From assembly GCA_040217195.1 (NCBI GenBank), contig JAVJNR010000005.1, forward strand, positions 553,669 to 617,668: DNA of 64,000 bases. The letters are read 5' to 3'. A program made the translations under genes and the position numbers. Position 1 is the first letter of the stretch; the number at the start of each line of letters is the position of its first letter. Positions 42,253 through 51,776 of the stretch are shown here, one piece after another. The DNA is from Leptospiraceae bacterium. Its GTDB lineage: Bacteria > Spirochaetota > Leptospiria > Leptospirales > Leptonemataceae. The notes beneath the pieces are model-generated. The model worked only from the letters and a program-made list of their open reading frames with translations, searched no databases and was not told the origin of the DNA.

Positions 42253-42951
42253 GACTCCAGATTCCAGAAATAAGCCTCTATGTCAGCAGAAAATCGAAGG
42301 TAAGACGGAAGCCCCACGCCGAGAGCTAAACCGGAACGGCCCGGCTCGTTACATAAATTGCAGAAAAGATCGCTGCCAGTATTTAGAGGAGGATCAAATC
42401 TTACCTTGTAAGTCAGCCAAAATGTCCTTCCTATGATGGCCAGCCCCCATGGTGAATGGGCTGCGGATAATGCCATTCATTTTCGGTTAAACCCGAAGAT
42501 TGTGGATCCACTGGAGTAACCTTCGCCCGGATCCGCAACAGAGCCCCAGATTGACCAATAATGGGTATCCGGTACATGGTCGAAGCCTTCCCCGTATAAG
42601 GACTCATTGATTTTGGACCGCCGAAACTTTTCTTCCGCTTTTGAATCTCTCATATACGACCCCTGGCGAATGAACCTCCAAATGCAAACCTCTCGGGCCT
42701 ACCGTACTTTATAGCATCCCTTTCAGTTTTCCGCACTAAATCGGTTTTTCCCGAAGCCCTGGCTAAAACCGACAGTTGTAAGGATTTGTGGCTCCCGAAA
42801 ATATGTTGCCTGCTTCTATTTAAGGCCCCTCATAGGCCGCAGTGTCGCGATACCTTTGTCTACCGACAGAGTAAGTTATGCAAACTCTTGGAGAGATTGA
42901 ACCGGGAGTATCGAAACTTTAGCGACCAGTGGGTAAGGATGAGCCATAAAC

Positions 42952-44412
42952 ATGCAACAGTATCCCTCTTCTCAGGCCTCCCCGCCGGACAACGGCACCA
43001 ATAGAGAAATCAGGACCGCGACAGCCGATCAGGGGAATCCCTTTGGTCATCGAATCACATTCAAAGAGGCGACTAAAGTATGGTGGCGAGTGGCCATTTT
43101 GAGCTTCGGAGGTCCTGCAGGCCAGATCGCGGTAATGCACCGTATTCTTGTGGATGAAAAGCAATGGATTAGCGAGAGTCGCTTCCTGCATGCTTTGAAT
43201 TACTGCATGGTCCTCCCTGGACCTGAGGCCCAGCAATTGGCCACCTATATAGGTTGGCTCTTGCATGGCATAAGAGGTGGACTGGTTGCAGGTGCCCTTT
43301 TCGTGCTGCCGGGCTTTCTCAGTATTCTGGTCCTCAGCCTGCTCTACGCCGGCTTCCAGGATGTGTCCCTGGTGCAGGCCTTGTTTTTCGGCATAAAAGC
43401 GGCGGTGCTGGCAATCGTAATCCAGGCAGTAATCCGGATCGGCAAGCGGGCGCTCAAGAATACCTACATGTACGGTTTGGCGGCAGTCGCATTTGTGGCG
43501 CTCTTCTTCTTTGCCATTCCCTTCCCAATCGTAATCATTAGCGCTGCATTTATTGGTCTTGTGGGGCGATATGTTGATCTGAAACGGTTTGTAATCATCA
43601 AGGGGCATGATACCCCGGACGAATCCGGGCATACCATCGATGCCATGCTGAACAGCGGTGCAGCTAACCATACGAAAGCATCACCGGCTCGAGCACTCAG
43701 GGTACTCGCACTCTGGCTTCCGCTATGGTTTGCGCCCCTTATAGCAATGGTTCTGACCCTGGGTTACGAAAATGTATTCACCCAGATCGGACTCTTCTTC
43801 AGTAAGCTGGCAGTGGTTACTTTTGGCGGCGCCTATTCGGTGTTGGCCTATATGGCCCAGGAGGCAGTACTAAACTATGGATGGTTGGCTCCTGGAGAAA
43901 TGCTGGATGGTCTGGGCATGGCCGAGACGACACCGGGCCCCTTGATTCAAGTTGTGCAATTCGTAGGCTTTCTTGCTGCCTTCAGGGAACCGGGTGTACT
44001 GAATCCCTTTGCTGCAGGCCTACTGGCATCGGTACTGGCGACCTGGGTGACTTTTGTCCCTTGCTTTTTGTGGATTTTTCTTGGTGCTCCCTATGTGGAA
44101 ACGTTGCGCCATAATCAGACCGTGAGTGCAGCGCTTTCGGCCGTGACGGCCGCTGTGGTGGGCGTGATGCTCAATCTGGCCCTCTGGTTCGCAGTGCATG
44201 TCGCATTCGAAGAGGTTGACACTCTTCAGTTTCATGGAATACAAATCCTATTGCCCAACTGGAGTAGCATCCAAATCGTCAGCGTGTTGCTGGCGACGGG
44301 AGCCTTCATAGCCATTCTTCGTTTCAAGGTAGCTATGCTACCGGTTATCCTGGTCAGCGCACTGCTGGGGACCGCTTACTATTTCCTATTCGGAGTTTCC
44401 CCGCCGGTATGA
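42952..44412 (+). CDS. chrA: Long-chain chromate ion transporter (CHR family)
   Basis: SFGGPAGQIAVMH, LPGPEAQQLA, TFGGAYSVL, ETTPGPLI. Confidence 0.95.
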   Translation: MQQYPSSQASPPDNGTNREIRTATADQGNPFGHRITFKEATKVWWRVAILSFGGPAGQIAVMHRILVDEKQWISESRFLHALNYCMVLPGPEAQQLATYIGWLLHGIRGGLVAGALFVLPGFLSILVLSLLYAGFQDVSLVQALFFGIKAAVLAIVIQAVIRIGKRALKNTYMYGLAAVAFVALFFFAIPFPIVIISAAFIGLVGRYVDLKRFVIIKGHDTPDESGHTIDAMLNSGAANHTKASPARALRVLALWLPLWFAPLIAMVLTLGYENVFTQIGLFFSKLAVVTFGGAYSVLAYMAQEAVLNYGWLAPGEMLDGLGMAETTPGPLIQVVQFVGFLAAFREPGVLNPFAAGLLASVLATWVTFVPCFLWIFLGAPYVETLRHNQTVSAALSAVTAAVVGVMLNLALWFAVHVAFEEVDTLQFHGIQILLPNWSSIQIVSVLLATGAFIAILRFKVAMLPVILVSALLGTAYYFLFGVSPPV

Positions 44413-44560
44413 CCGGGCCCAGAACGAAAAGAGCGCTGAATGTTCCTGATAGCGTATAAGATTCAAGCACTCATCTTCATGCAGACAGGGTGTCGATAGC
44501 CGGCGTGCCATGAGCGACCGCACCGGACTGAGAGCGGCCAGATTCCAATTAGAACCTCCC

Positions 44561-44785
44561 ACGCGTTATTACACGAACCGATCGGGCCGGGGTTCCACTT
44601 ATGGCCGCCCGCGCGTTTTAACACGAACCAAGCCGCCCGAGGTTCGCCTTATGACCGGCCACGCGTTTAACACGAACCCAGCAGCTCGGGTTCCACTTAT
44701 GACCTTCCACGCGTTATAACGCGCACCAAGCAGCCCGGGTTCCACTTAGGGCCGCCAGGTGGTAAAAACCGAACCCAGCCCTACC
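44561..44785. repeat. Imperfect tandem array of 48-50-bp units (four full, one partial), each with a GAACC...GGTTC hairpin
   Basis: Units start at 44561, 44611, 44661 and 44709; consensus ACGCGTTnTAACACGAACCnAGCnGCCCGnGGTTCCACTTATGnCCnnCC. Confidence 0.85.
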
Positions 44786-44791
44786 AAATAA

Positions 44792-45205
44792 GAAATCGCG
44801 AAGCGGTTTCTTCCATACCAGCGATTTACCCTGGGCCCTAAGCGGCGGGAGCCTGGGGGATGCGAAAAACGAGGACAGGAGGTCCGAGTCTGCGCTCGTT
44901 TGTCCACGGAGGGGCGACCGAGCGCAGGAGCGTGCCTCAGGCTGCCGCAGCACGAAAGCGGTCCTAAACCGCGAAGCGGTTTCTTCCATAGTAGCGGTTT
45001 ACCCGGATCCTTATTTTGCGATCGTGGTGGGAGCCGCTTCATAAGGCGAAGACAGGAAGTCTGAGCCGAGCGCTCGTTTGGATATGGACGATGAACATGG
45101 ATGTTCAAGTGTCCGCGGAGCCACGGAGGGCGAGAGCGGACGGGACAGCCGGGCGCTCAGAAGTGGCTCCCACCGCGACCAACAGGATAAGCGGTCCTAA
45201 ACCGC
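44792..45205. repeat. Two tandem copies (~170 and ~230 bp) of a structured intergenic element
   Basis: AAAyCGCGAAGCGGTTTCTTCCATA at 44793 and 44966; GACAGGAnGTC..GCGCTCGTTTG in both; CCACGGAGGG in both; AAGCGGTCCTAAACCGC at 44956 and 45189. Confidence 0.85.
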
Positions 45206-46408
45206 CTGGGCTTTCTCTTTTTTCCGTTCCATGGCTGCTTTCTTACGATAGTAAGCCACCTGCTTCTCCAGTTCCACAAGGTCCTGGCAGATGATCTTTC
45301 CGCCGTCCAGTTTTAGCCATCGATTCTTGAGCATATCCAGGATGAGATGCTCGTCTTTGTTCGGATCATACCCCACCATTTTAAGCAGGTCTTTGCCACC
45401 GATGTCAAAGTTATGATTGGAACGAGGGGCAATCTTGATATGGTTTTTCTCTGCCAGCGTTAGCAGTGTGTCATAGAGTCTGCCCTGAGGATCGGAAATC
45501 ATCAGGTTGGCCAGCTGACGATAGGCCATCCAGATTCGCTCGGATAATAGAGTAATAAGACGTGTTGCTAACTGCGGTTGAGCCTTTACCATGGCTTCGA
45601 AGTTTGCTTTGTTAATGGCCAGCATGGTGGCTTTTTCAGCACAGATGGCAGATGCACTTCTGGGTTTATTATCCAGAATTGCCATCTCTCCGAAGATATC
45701 ACCGGTTTGAATTACAGCCAGCATCACTTCCTGACCGTCTACCATCTTGGTAATCTTGATTCGGCCGCCCTGAATAATATAGAGTTCAAATCCAGGCTCA
45801 TTTTCGCAGAAGATCATATCATCTGGATTGAAAGTGCGATTGATGCTTTTTTCCATGTAGGCCGGAGCTTTGAGTGGCTTATTCATGGATTGAAGCCTCA
45901 TCTTGGCCTGGCTTACATTCTTTCCTTTGGGATTCCATTGAAGGTAGCGCTGAAATGCATAGGCTGCATGATTGAACCTCTCTTCTTTGAAATAGAACTC
46001 TCCCAGTTCAAAAAGATGGGATGGATCCTCTTCAAGAGCCGTTCTAAAGGAAAGTCGAGTAATAGTGCTATCAAAGGCCCTCAACTTCATGGAGAAGGAG
46101 CGGATGATCTTCATGGCCACGGGAGCATTTTTCTGAATCAGTAAGCCGAACTGATCATTATTTACCTGAATGAGGGAGACATCGGTCTGAGCCACCACGG
46201 TTTCAATTCGGCTATGGCCAGACATGGCACTTTCCACGCCAAAAAAGTCCCCGGGTCCCAGAAGTGTGGTTCCTTCCTCGCCGGCCACAGGGGTCTCTTT
46301 CGAAGTACGTACCTTTCCCTGGCGAACGATATAGAAGTGCCCGACTTCCCTTTTCCCCTCAATAATGATGTAGGAGCCGGCACGATAATTAACCATTTGA
46401 AAGGCCAT
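45197..46408 (-). CDS. Cyclic nucleotide-binding protein (cNMP-TPR-cNMP/Crp-like)
   Basis: Two cNMP domains (GPGDFFG...R; GDIFGEMA...PRSASA) separated by a TPR. Confidence 0.92.
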   Translation of the reverse strand: MAFQMVNYRAGSYIIIEGKREVGHFYIVRQGKVRTSKETPVAGEEGTTLLGPGDFFGVESAMSGHSRIETVVAQTDVSLIQVNNDQFGLLIQKNAPVAMKIIRSFSMKLRAFDSTITRLSFRTALEEDPSHLFELGEFYFKEERFNHAAYAFQRYLQWNPKGKNVSQAKMRLQSMNKPLKAPAYMEKSINRTFNPDDMIFCENEPGFELYIIQGGRIKITKMVDGQEVMLAVIQTGDIFGEMAILDNKPRSASAICAEKATMLAINKANFEAMVKAQPQLATRLITLLSERIWMAYRQLANLMISDPQGRLYDTLLTLAEKNHIKIAPRSNHNFDIGGKDLLKMVGYDPNKDEHLILDMLKNRWLKLDGGKIICQDLVELEKQVAYYRKKAAMERKKEKAQAV

Positions 46409-46489
46409 AGCTTCCTACACTCTCCCTTGTTCCGGCAAGATCATGGTATACAGATTCAATATCGGAACGGATAGTACGATCAACCAGTT

Positions 46490-47422
46490 TCAGGGACTTT
46501 TTTTTGGTTCCCCGTTCCCGGGTTCCGAAGGTTCCGAAGGTTCCGAAGGTTCCACAGAGGAGCCGGAATCCGCCTTCTCTATGCCTTCACCCATCCGATC
46601 CAGAGCTCTTTGTCCAGTTGATGGCCTCCCGTCGGCTGTGTCAATTCCAGTGTCATCGGCTTCGGATTCCTGGGACTTTTCTGTGCTGTTATCCATGGGA
46701 AAGAGAGGTTTTCCGGAATCCTGGTTCTCCTGACCGGACAAATTGTCCTGGTTTGTGCCTGGATTGGAGGGATTCTCGTCTGTCCTGGGCGATTCGATGA
46801 ATCGAAAGGAACGTTCCAGCAATTGGGCCTCTCGTTGCTCGGCAGTGCCCGGAAATCGATTTTGAATGTTTTGCAGAAGGCTACGAGCCTTGGAATACTG
46901 CCCTTGCTGGATATGAATCCTTGCCATTTCCAGCATGGATCGCGGCTCCTTCTGATCTGGAGTTTCCAGAATTGCCGATTGCTGATAGCGCTTCAATGCA
47001 GCTCGATGATCACCGGTTTTTCTTTGTAGATCGGCCAGTTCCATGCGGGCCCGGCCTGCCATGGGATGGCTGGGATAGAGAATCAAAAAATCCTGCAATC
47101 TTCTGCGGGCCGAGTCATACTGACCTTCGGAGATCTGCTCCAGAATAAAGCGAAATCTTCGGTCCGCTTCCTGGTTATACAATACTTTGAACGATTCGTT
47201 TCGTTTTTCCCGGTTCGTCTTATAATTACGAAAATCCGCCGGAGACGATGGGCCTCCGGAAGTAGGCTCATTTACATTCTCGCCTGGATTATTTCCTGGA
47301 TTGTTTTGCGGATTGTCTGGATTTTCGGAGCCCGGCTCCGCCGGTGAAGTATTCGGATCTTCTGCACCCAGAGGTGCGCAGAGCCAGAGGGTGCCGAAGA
47401 GTATCAGCGTGGCTCTTTTCAT
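46490..47422 (-). CDS. Exported TPR protein (CpoB/BamD-like repeats) with low-complexity termini
   Basis: Signal peptide MKRATLILFGTLWLCAPLGA; TPRs (FLILYPSHP, IQNRFPGT); alternative start 47446. Confidence 0.8.
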   Translation of the reverse strand: MKRATLILFGTLWLCAPLGAEDPNTSPAEPGSENPDNPQNNPGNNPGENVNEPTSGGPSSPADFRNYKTNREKRNESFKVLYNQEADRRFRFILEQISEGQYDSARRRLQDFLILYPSHPMAGRARMELADLQRKTGDHRAALKRYQQSAILETPDQKEPRSMLEMARIHIQQGQYSKARSLLQNIQNRFPGTAEQREAQLLERSFRFIESPRTDENPSNPGTNQDNLSGQENQDSGKPLFPMDNSTEKSQESEADDTGIDTADGRPSTGQRALDRMGEGIEKADSGSSVEPSEPSEPSEPGNGEPKKSP

Positions 47423-47487
47423 GGAAGTTTTTAGTGGGCCAGGCATGGTAAATTCGGGGAAGTGAACCTGCAAGGCAGACTCACAGC

Positions 47488-48018
47488 TCAGCCTGTACTC
47501 TGGGAAGATTGTTGCAAGAAGGATTCGAACCATCGCTGATCGATATCGGACACCTCGCATTCAGACAGCTTCAATTGTTCAAAGTATTGCAGGAGTATTC
47601 CCATATGGGCGGCCTGCTCATGCTCGGTATTCCATTCACCCCGGTCTGTTCCGGTGGCAATAATGGCCTCTTCTCTGACCTGTTCGCAGAATTCGGATGA
47701 CTTGCTTCGAAAGATCATCGTTGCCGATACTAGATCGAATCGAATGGTATCAACGATCTTAAGAAATTCTGCATCACTGAGATCGAAATGCCGACTGGCC
47801 ACTTCCGTTTGAAAGTAATCTCCCCAGGTTACTACTTCAGGCTCTGCGCCATACTTTTCCTTCAGAGCCTGGATTTCCTCCAGCTCAACATAGTTACATT
47901 GAGCAAAGCGCTCCACGGTTTCTCGAAGTTCAATAAGAGCAGCGATTTTTCGACCGGATAACTGTCCGCGCTGGACCATTCCGGAAAGTTGGCTGTGCAG
48001 TCCGTTGATTTCCATCAT
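47488..48018 (-). CDS. Hypothetical protein
   Basis: 176-aa ORF with native composition, co-oriented with its neighbours. Confidence 0.75.
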   Translation of the reverse strand: MMEINGLHSQLSGMVQRGQLSGRKIAALIELRETVERFAQCNYVELEEIQALKEKYGAEPEVVTWGDYFQTEVASRHFDLSDAEFLKIVDTIRFDLVSATMIFRSKSSEFCEQVREEAIIATGTDRGEWNTEHEQAAHMGILLQYFEQLKLSECEVSDIDQRWFESFLQQSSQSTG

Positions 48019-48270
48019 ACCGAATCCATCGGCAGAGGTCCAAATTTTCCGCAGAACTTTCCAGAGAACAGCGGCGGCACAGTCTGGAATAAAATCAGAA
48101 ATGAAAGCCTGGCAACGTTGGCCGCAAGTTGCGGAATTAATCAGAGATGAAAGCCCGGTGAGCAGGCCGCCTGTTGAGCAGTAATCTACAAGGGCCCATT
48201 CTAAGTGTAGGTGGTATCAGGTAGCCGGATTCGATACGAATAGAGTTAATTGCTCTGTGACTCTGTGACT

Positions 48271-50109
48271 CTAGATATCGGAAGAGAAACCAAACTGGAC
48301 CGAGGTTTCATCCACTGGAAGATACTGTGCTTCATTGGTATCATATTCCCAGGTTCGTTGAAACACTCCCTTGATGTACAGTCCACCCATGAAGGTAATG
48401 CCTGCTTCTCCTGCCAGCAAGGAGTTATCATCCAGTTCGAATGCATTTCCGAAACCCTCGAAACTCTTTTTTGAATAATAGCCATTCAAAAAGAGACCGC
48501 CAAAAGTAGGTGGGATGTAGAATCCAACAAAGATTTCCGAGTTGGATGGACCATCGTAATCTTCATAATTCATCTCAATGATAAAAATGCGCGAGAAGTC
48601 TAACAGACCATGAATAAAGAATCCCTTCTTCTTTTCACCATCTGTAGGCAATGACTTTAAGTAGGCCAGCTTGGTAGTAGTTTGAGTACTTGCATCTCCT
48701 GTTTCAGGGATGTAAACCGTTCTTTCAATGGCATAGTAGGAATCAAAGTAAGCAGGCAAATAGTTAGACGTAACTTCGCGATATTCGGGTTTCAGGGTAA
48801 TACTTACCAGGCTGAAGTTCAGCTGAAACAGAATTCCCGCATGAATGCCCTCACTGTTTTCTAGATCCTTAACTTTATTAATGTCCACATAAGGAGTCAG
48901 ATCAAACCAGCTGTAGGGGCTTAACTTTAGCTCCGTATCCATACCCACAATGTACAGATCCTCTGTTTCCAGAGCTCTGGGACGAAGAGAATCGGGGTCC
49001 ACTACCAGATTATTGGAACCATCGTATTCAAGAGTTAGTGGAGTTTCATGATCTCGAGCCACTGTATAGCCCACTGCCCATCGGCCCCAGAACCCGGCAT
49101 CCCATTCATCTGAATCTCGGTCGGTGGGAGTATCTGATGGATCCTGCAATCCCTGATCTCCGGGACCGGATGGATCCTGAGGACCATCCGGACCGGTTGG
49201 TTTTTCTACAGGACGGACCTTCACTTCATTGGTAACCGGATCTCGATATTCCTCAAAATCCAATTCTGTATCCTGTAAATCTTCCCGTAACCGATTTAGC
49301 CTGTACTGTCGAAGGGCTCCTCCTTCATCCGGCTTGGGTATCTTCTCATAATAATAGGCACTGTTGTTTTCCTGGATGGAAAGTGCTACTTCTGTGGGCG
49401 AGAATCCCCCTCCTCGATTATGAGAAACAAAGAAACCGTTATAAACAGAAGCCACGATACCGGCAGGACGGATATAAACACGGCCGGCCTCTACCTGTTT
49501 TCGCAATACGTTGGACTGGAAGTATTCCACTCCACCCCAGTCATTGTTTATGTCTGCCATCAATCCAGGGCTCTGGATCGTAGGATCATAGGTGGATACA
49601 TATCGATCGATGATTGTGCGATGCCCTATGTAGCCATCATACATTCTGCCATAGTAAAAAGACCAGTTCCATTCGCCGGGTTCATAAAAGCCATGAGTAC
49701 CCTTTCGCACATAGGTAATCAGTTGTGAATAATCCTCCAGAGAGTCATAAGTACCTGTGCGAAGATCCGGAACCTTTTCTGCTGTCTTGGGCTCTGTATC
49801 ATAGACCAGAACCTCCAGTGGAACCTGAAGACCTATCCTGAAATCATAGGGCAGCGGTAATTCGAATTGAGGAGTGATGGTTATGTAATAATCGTCTTCA
49901 ATTGTCTTGAAGCCTGTATTAACTCCAAAGCCCATACCCTCCACCTGTTGTCCAGGCCCATAGCCTGGAGGTCTCCACTGAGGATTGGAATCAGCAAAAG
50001 CAGGGACGGAGAAAAACAATAGCAGCAACCACGAGCCAGTAGCTCGAAAGAAAGCTGGAAGCTTAACCCGGAACCTGGCTCCTGTGCTTTGAGGGATAGG
50101 ATTCACCAC
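48271..50109 (-). CDS. Hypothetical exported, probable outer-membrane beta-rich protein
   Basis: Signal peptide (LLLLFFSVPAFA); Y/F/G-rich alternating strands; C-terminal VQFGFSSDI. Confidence 0.75.
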   Translation of the reverse strand: MVNPIPQSTGARFRVKLPAFFRATGSWLLLLFFSVPAFADSNPQWRPPGYGPGQQVEGMGFGVNTGFKTIEDDYYITITPQFELPLPYDFRIGLQVPLEVLVYDTEPKTAEKVPDLRTGTYDSLEDYSQLITYVRKGTHGFYEPGEWNWSFYYGRMYDGYIGHRTIIDRYVSTYDPTIQSPGLMADINNDWGGVEYFQSNVLRKQVEAGRVYIRPAGIVASVYNGFFVSHNRGGGFSPTEVALSIQENNSAYYYEKIPKPDEGGALRQYRLNRLREDLQDTELDFEEYRDPVTNEVKVRPVEKPTGPDGPQDPSGPGDQGLQDPSDTPTDRDSDEWDAGFWGRWAVGYTVARDHETPLTLEYDGSNNLVVDPDSLRPRALETEDLYIVGMDTELKLSPYSWFDLTPYVDINKVKDLENSEGIHAGILFQLNFSLVSITLKPEYREVTSNYLPAYFDSYYAIERTVYIPETGDASTQTTTKLAYLKSLPTDGEKKKGFFIHGLLDFSRIFIIEMNYEDYDGPSNSEIFVGFYIPPTFGGLFLNGYYSKKSFEGFGNAFELDDNSLLAGEAGITFMGGLYIKGVFQRTWEYDTNEAQYLPVDETSVQFGFSSDI

Positions 50110-50126
50110 TTTGTAAAACCACGGGA

Positions 50127-51776
50127 TTAGCCTTTGGACTCTTCGGCCGCCTGGATAATCTCCTGTAGGAATAATCGGGCTGAGGCTACCGTATCCTTGA
50201 ATACGAAAAACTCATCCAGCTTACTCATTTGAAAAAGCTTCTCCACATTTCCCTGAACATTTACAAGGATCAGTAGCCCTCCCCTGTTCTTGAGCCAGTT
50301 GGAGATTTGAATCATGGTACCTATGCCCGATGAATCCACATAGCTCAGATCTGTGAGATCAAAAATCATGAACCTATAACCATTTTCCAGATGCCTGCGA
50401 ACCATATTCTTCACTTCCGGGCATTTGTACAGATCCAGCTGCCCTTCCATAGAATGCTCGAGAATGCGATTATGCACACCTGCTTCTGCTTTGTATACGG
50501 AACGAAAGGCCTTGCTGTCGGACCCTCCGGCCATCAGCTGCTTTCTTGCAATGATTAGATTATCTTCCAGGTTTCTTTCCATGTCCGAGAGCCTGCCAAT
50601 CATTCGTTCTATGATTTCAGGATTCACGTCTCGGTTATTATTCAGCCTTTGTATGGCCTGTCGAATTACATCCCGGGCGGCTCCCAGATCCCGTTCACCG
50701 GAAATCCTGGAGGCTTCCATCATGGCCTTGCTGGATGCAGCCAGCAGGCTTTCCAGACGCACATTGTTGTCCCGATCGGAGGATGGACTGGCAGAGAACT
50801 TACTTAGAAGGCTTGCCGCATGATTCTCCATTCTTGAATCTTCTTGGAGATTATAGAAGGAAAGCTCAGCCTCTATCAACGGGGATTCCGATTTACTGGC
50901 CTCTTTGCCATCCACTTCCAGAACCATTACAATATTTCTAAGATCATCGGAACGCAGGTCTCCGGGTCTCAGGATCAGGTCCTTTTTTTGCTGTTGCTCG
51001 GAGCCTGTGGAACCTTCTCCAGTTTGCCGGTCCCGATAATCATGGGGAATATCGCTCAGGAATTCTTTGATATTAACTCCTGGAGCCAGTCGAAGTCGGA
51101 TCTCCAGGCCCTGACCAAAAAGGGCTGCAATATCGCCAAACTCTCGAAAGAAGACTTCATGAGCCTGCTCGGGACCTTCAATAAAGTAGAAATTCCCACC
51201 ACCTGCTGTGGCGATGTCTTTGAGTAGAGTCTCCGAAAAGTCCCGTCCAAAACCTATGGTTGTGGTAGAAATACCTCGATTATAGTGATCTCTTGCGATC
51301 TTTTTGAGCTCTGTGGGAGAGACCACTCCTGTATTGGCCATACCGTCTGTAAGTAAAATGACACGTTTATATCCATTTTCTGCCTGGGCACCTTCAACGG
51401 TGCGAAGGGCCTGTAACCAGCCCCCGCTGAGGTTCGTGGAGCTTCCTACGCGAATCTGTTCAATCTTCTTGGTAACGGAATACTTGTCCGTTAAAGGGAT
51501 GAGCGGCTGCACTACTTCTATATTGGTATCGTAGGCCACAATGGTGAGCTGATCGTGTCGAGTAAGCCAGTTCACCAGGGCGCTTGCAGATTCAGTAACC
51601 GATTGCAACTTGTCGCCATACATGGACTTGGATTTATCTATGGCCAGCCCCACAATCAACGGTCTGCGATCCGGGGAGTCCGAAACAGGCGGCGTTTCCA
51701 CACGAACCAGCAGATGAGTGAGCGAATTTTCCTGATTGGATAGCTCCTGATTCTCAAGATGTAGGCTAAAGTTCAT
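50127..51776 (-). CDS. vWA domain fused to a STAS (anti-sigma factor antagonist) domain
   Basis: MIDAS DKSKS, STNLSGG, LLTDGMAN; C-terminal FDLTDLSYVDSSGIG. Confidence 0.9.
   Translation of the reverse strand: MNFSLHLENQELSNQENSLTHLLVRVETPPVSDSPDRRPLIVGLAIDKSKSMYGDKLQSVTESASALVNWLTRHDQLTIVAYDTNIEVVQPLIPLTDKYSVTKKIEQIRVGSSTNLSGGWLQALRTVEGAQAENGYKRVILLTDGMANTGVVSPTELKKIARDHYNRGISTTTIGFGRDFSETLLKDIATAGGGNFYFIEGPEQAHEVFFREFGDIAALFGQGLEIRLRLAPGVNIKEFLSDIPHDYRDRQTGEGSTGSEQQQKKDLILRPGDLRSDDLRNIVMVLEVDGKEASKSESPLIEAELSFYNLQEDSRMENHAASLLSKFSASPSSDRDNNVRLESLLAASSKAMMEASRISGERDLGAARDVIRQAIQRLNNNRDVNPEIIERMIGRLSDMERNLEDNLIIARKQLMAGGSDSKAFRSVYKAEAGVHNRILEHSMEGQLDLYKCPEVKNMVRRHLENGYRFMIFDLTDLSYVDSSGIGTMIQISNWLKNRGGLLILVNVQGNVEKLFQMSKLDEFFVFKDTVASARLFLQEIIQAAEESKG

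Noticed and set aside
42253..42951. Cobalamin riboswitch upstream of mutA
   Set aside because: Expected from context, but I could not find the ordered core (GGGAA..GGTG.AA.TCC, GC.ACTG, B12 box) on the minus strand. An Rfam scan would settle it.
42919..43671. 250-aa minus-strand ORF
   Set aside because: Antisense shadow of chrA with no recognisable motifs.
44561..44785. CRISPR or TIGR-type guide array
   Set aside because: Variable segments are only about 6-11 nt and resemble each other, the repeats are degenerate, and no cas or Nop-domain gene is in the window. Kept as an unexplained tandem repeat.
44510..45294. Short ORFs across the repeat region
   Set aside because: R/P/A-rich translations of GC-rich repeats whose unit lengths do not preserve frame.
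46521..46553. GGTTCCGAA microsatellite
   Set aside because: In-frame 9-bp repeat encoding EPS repeats in a disordered C-terminal tail, so not a phase-variation switch.
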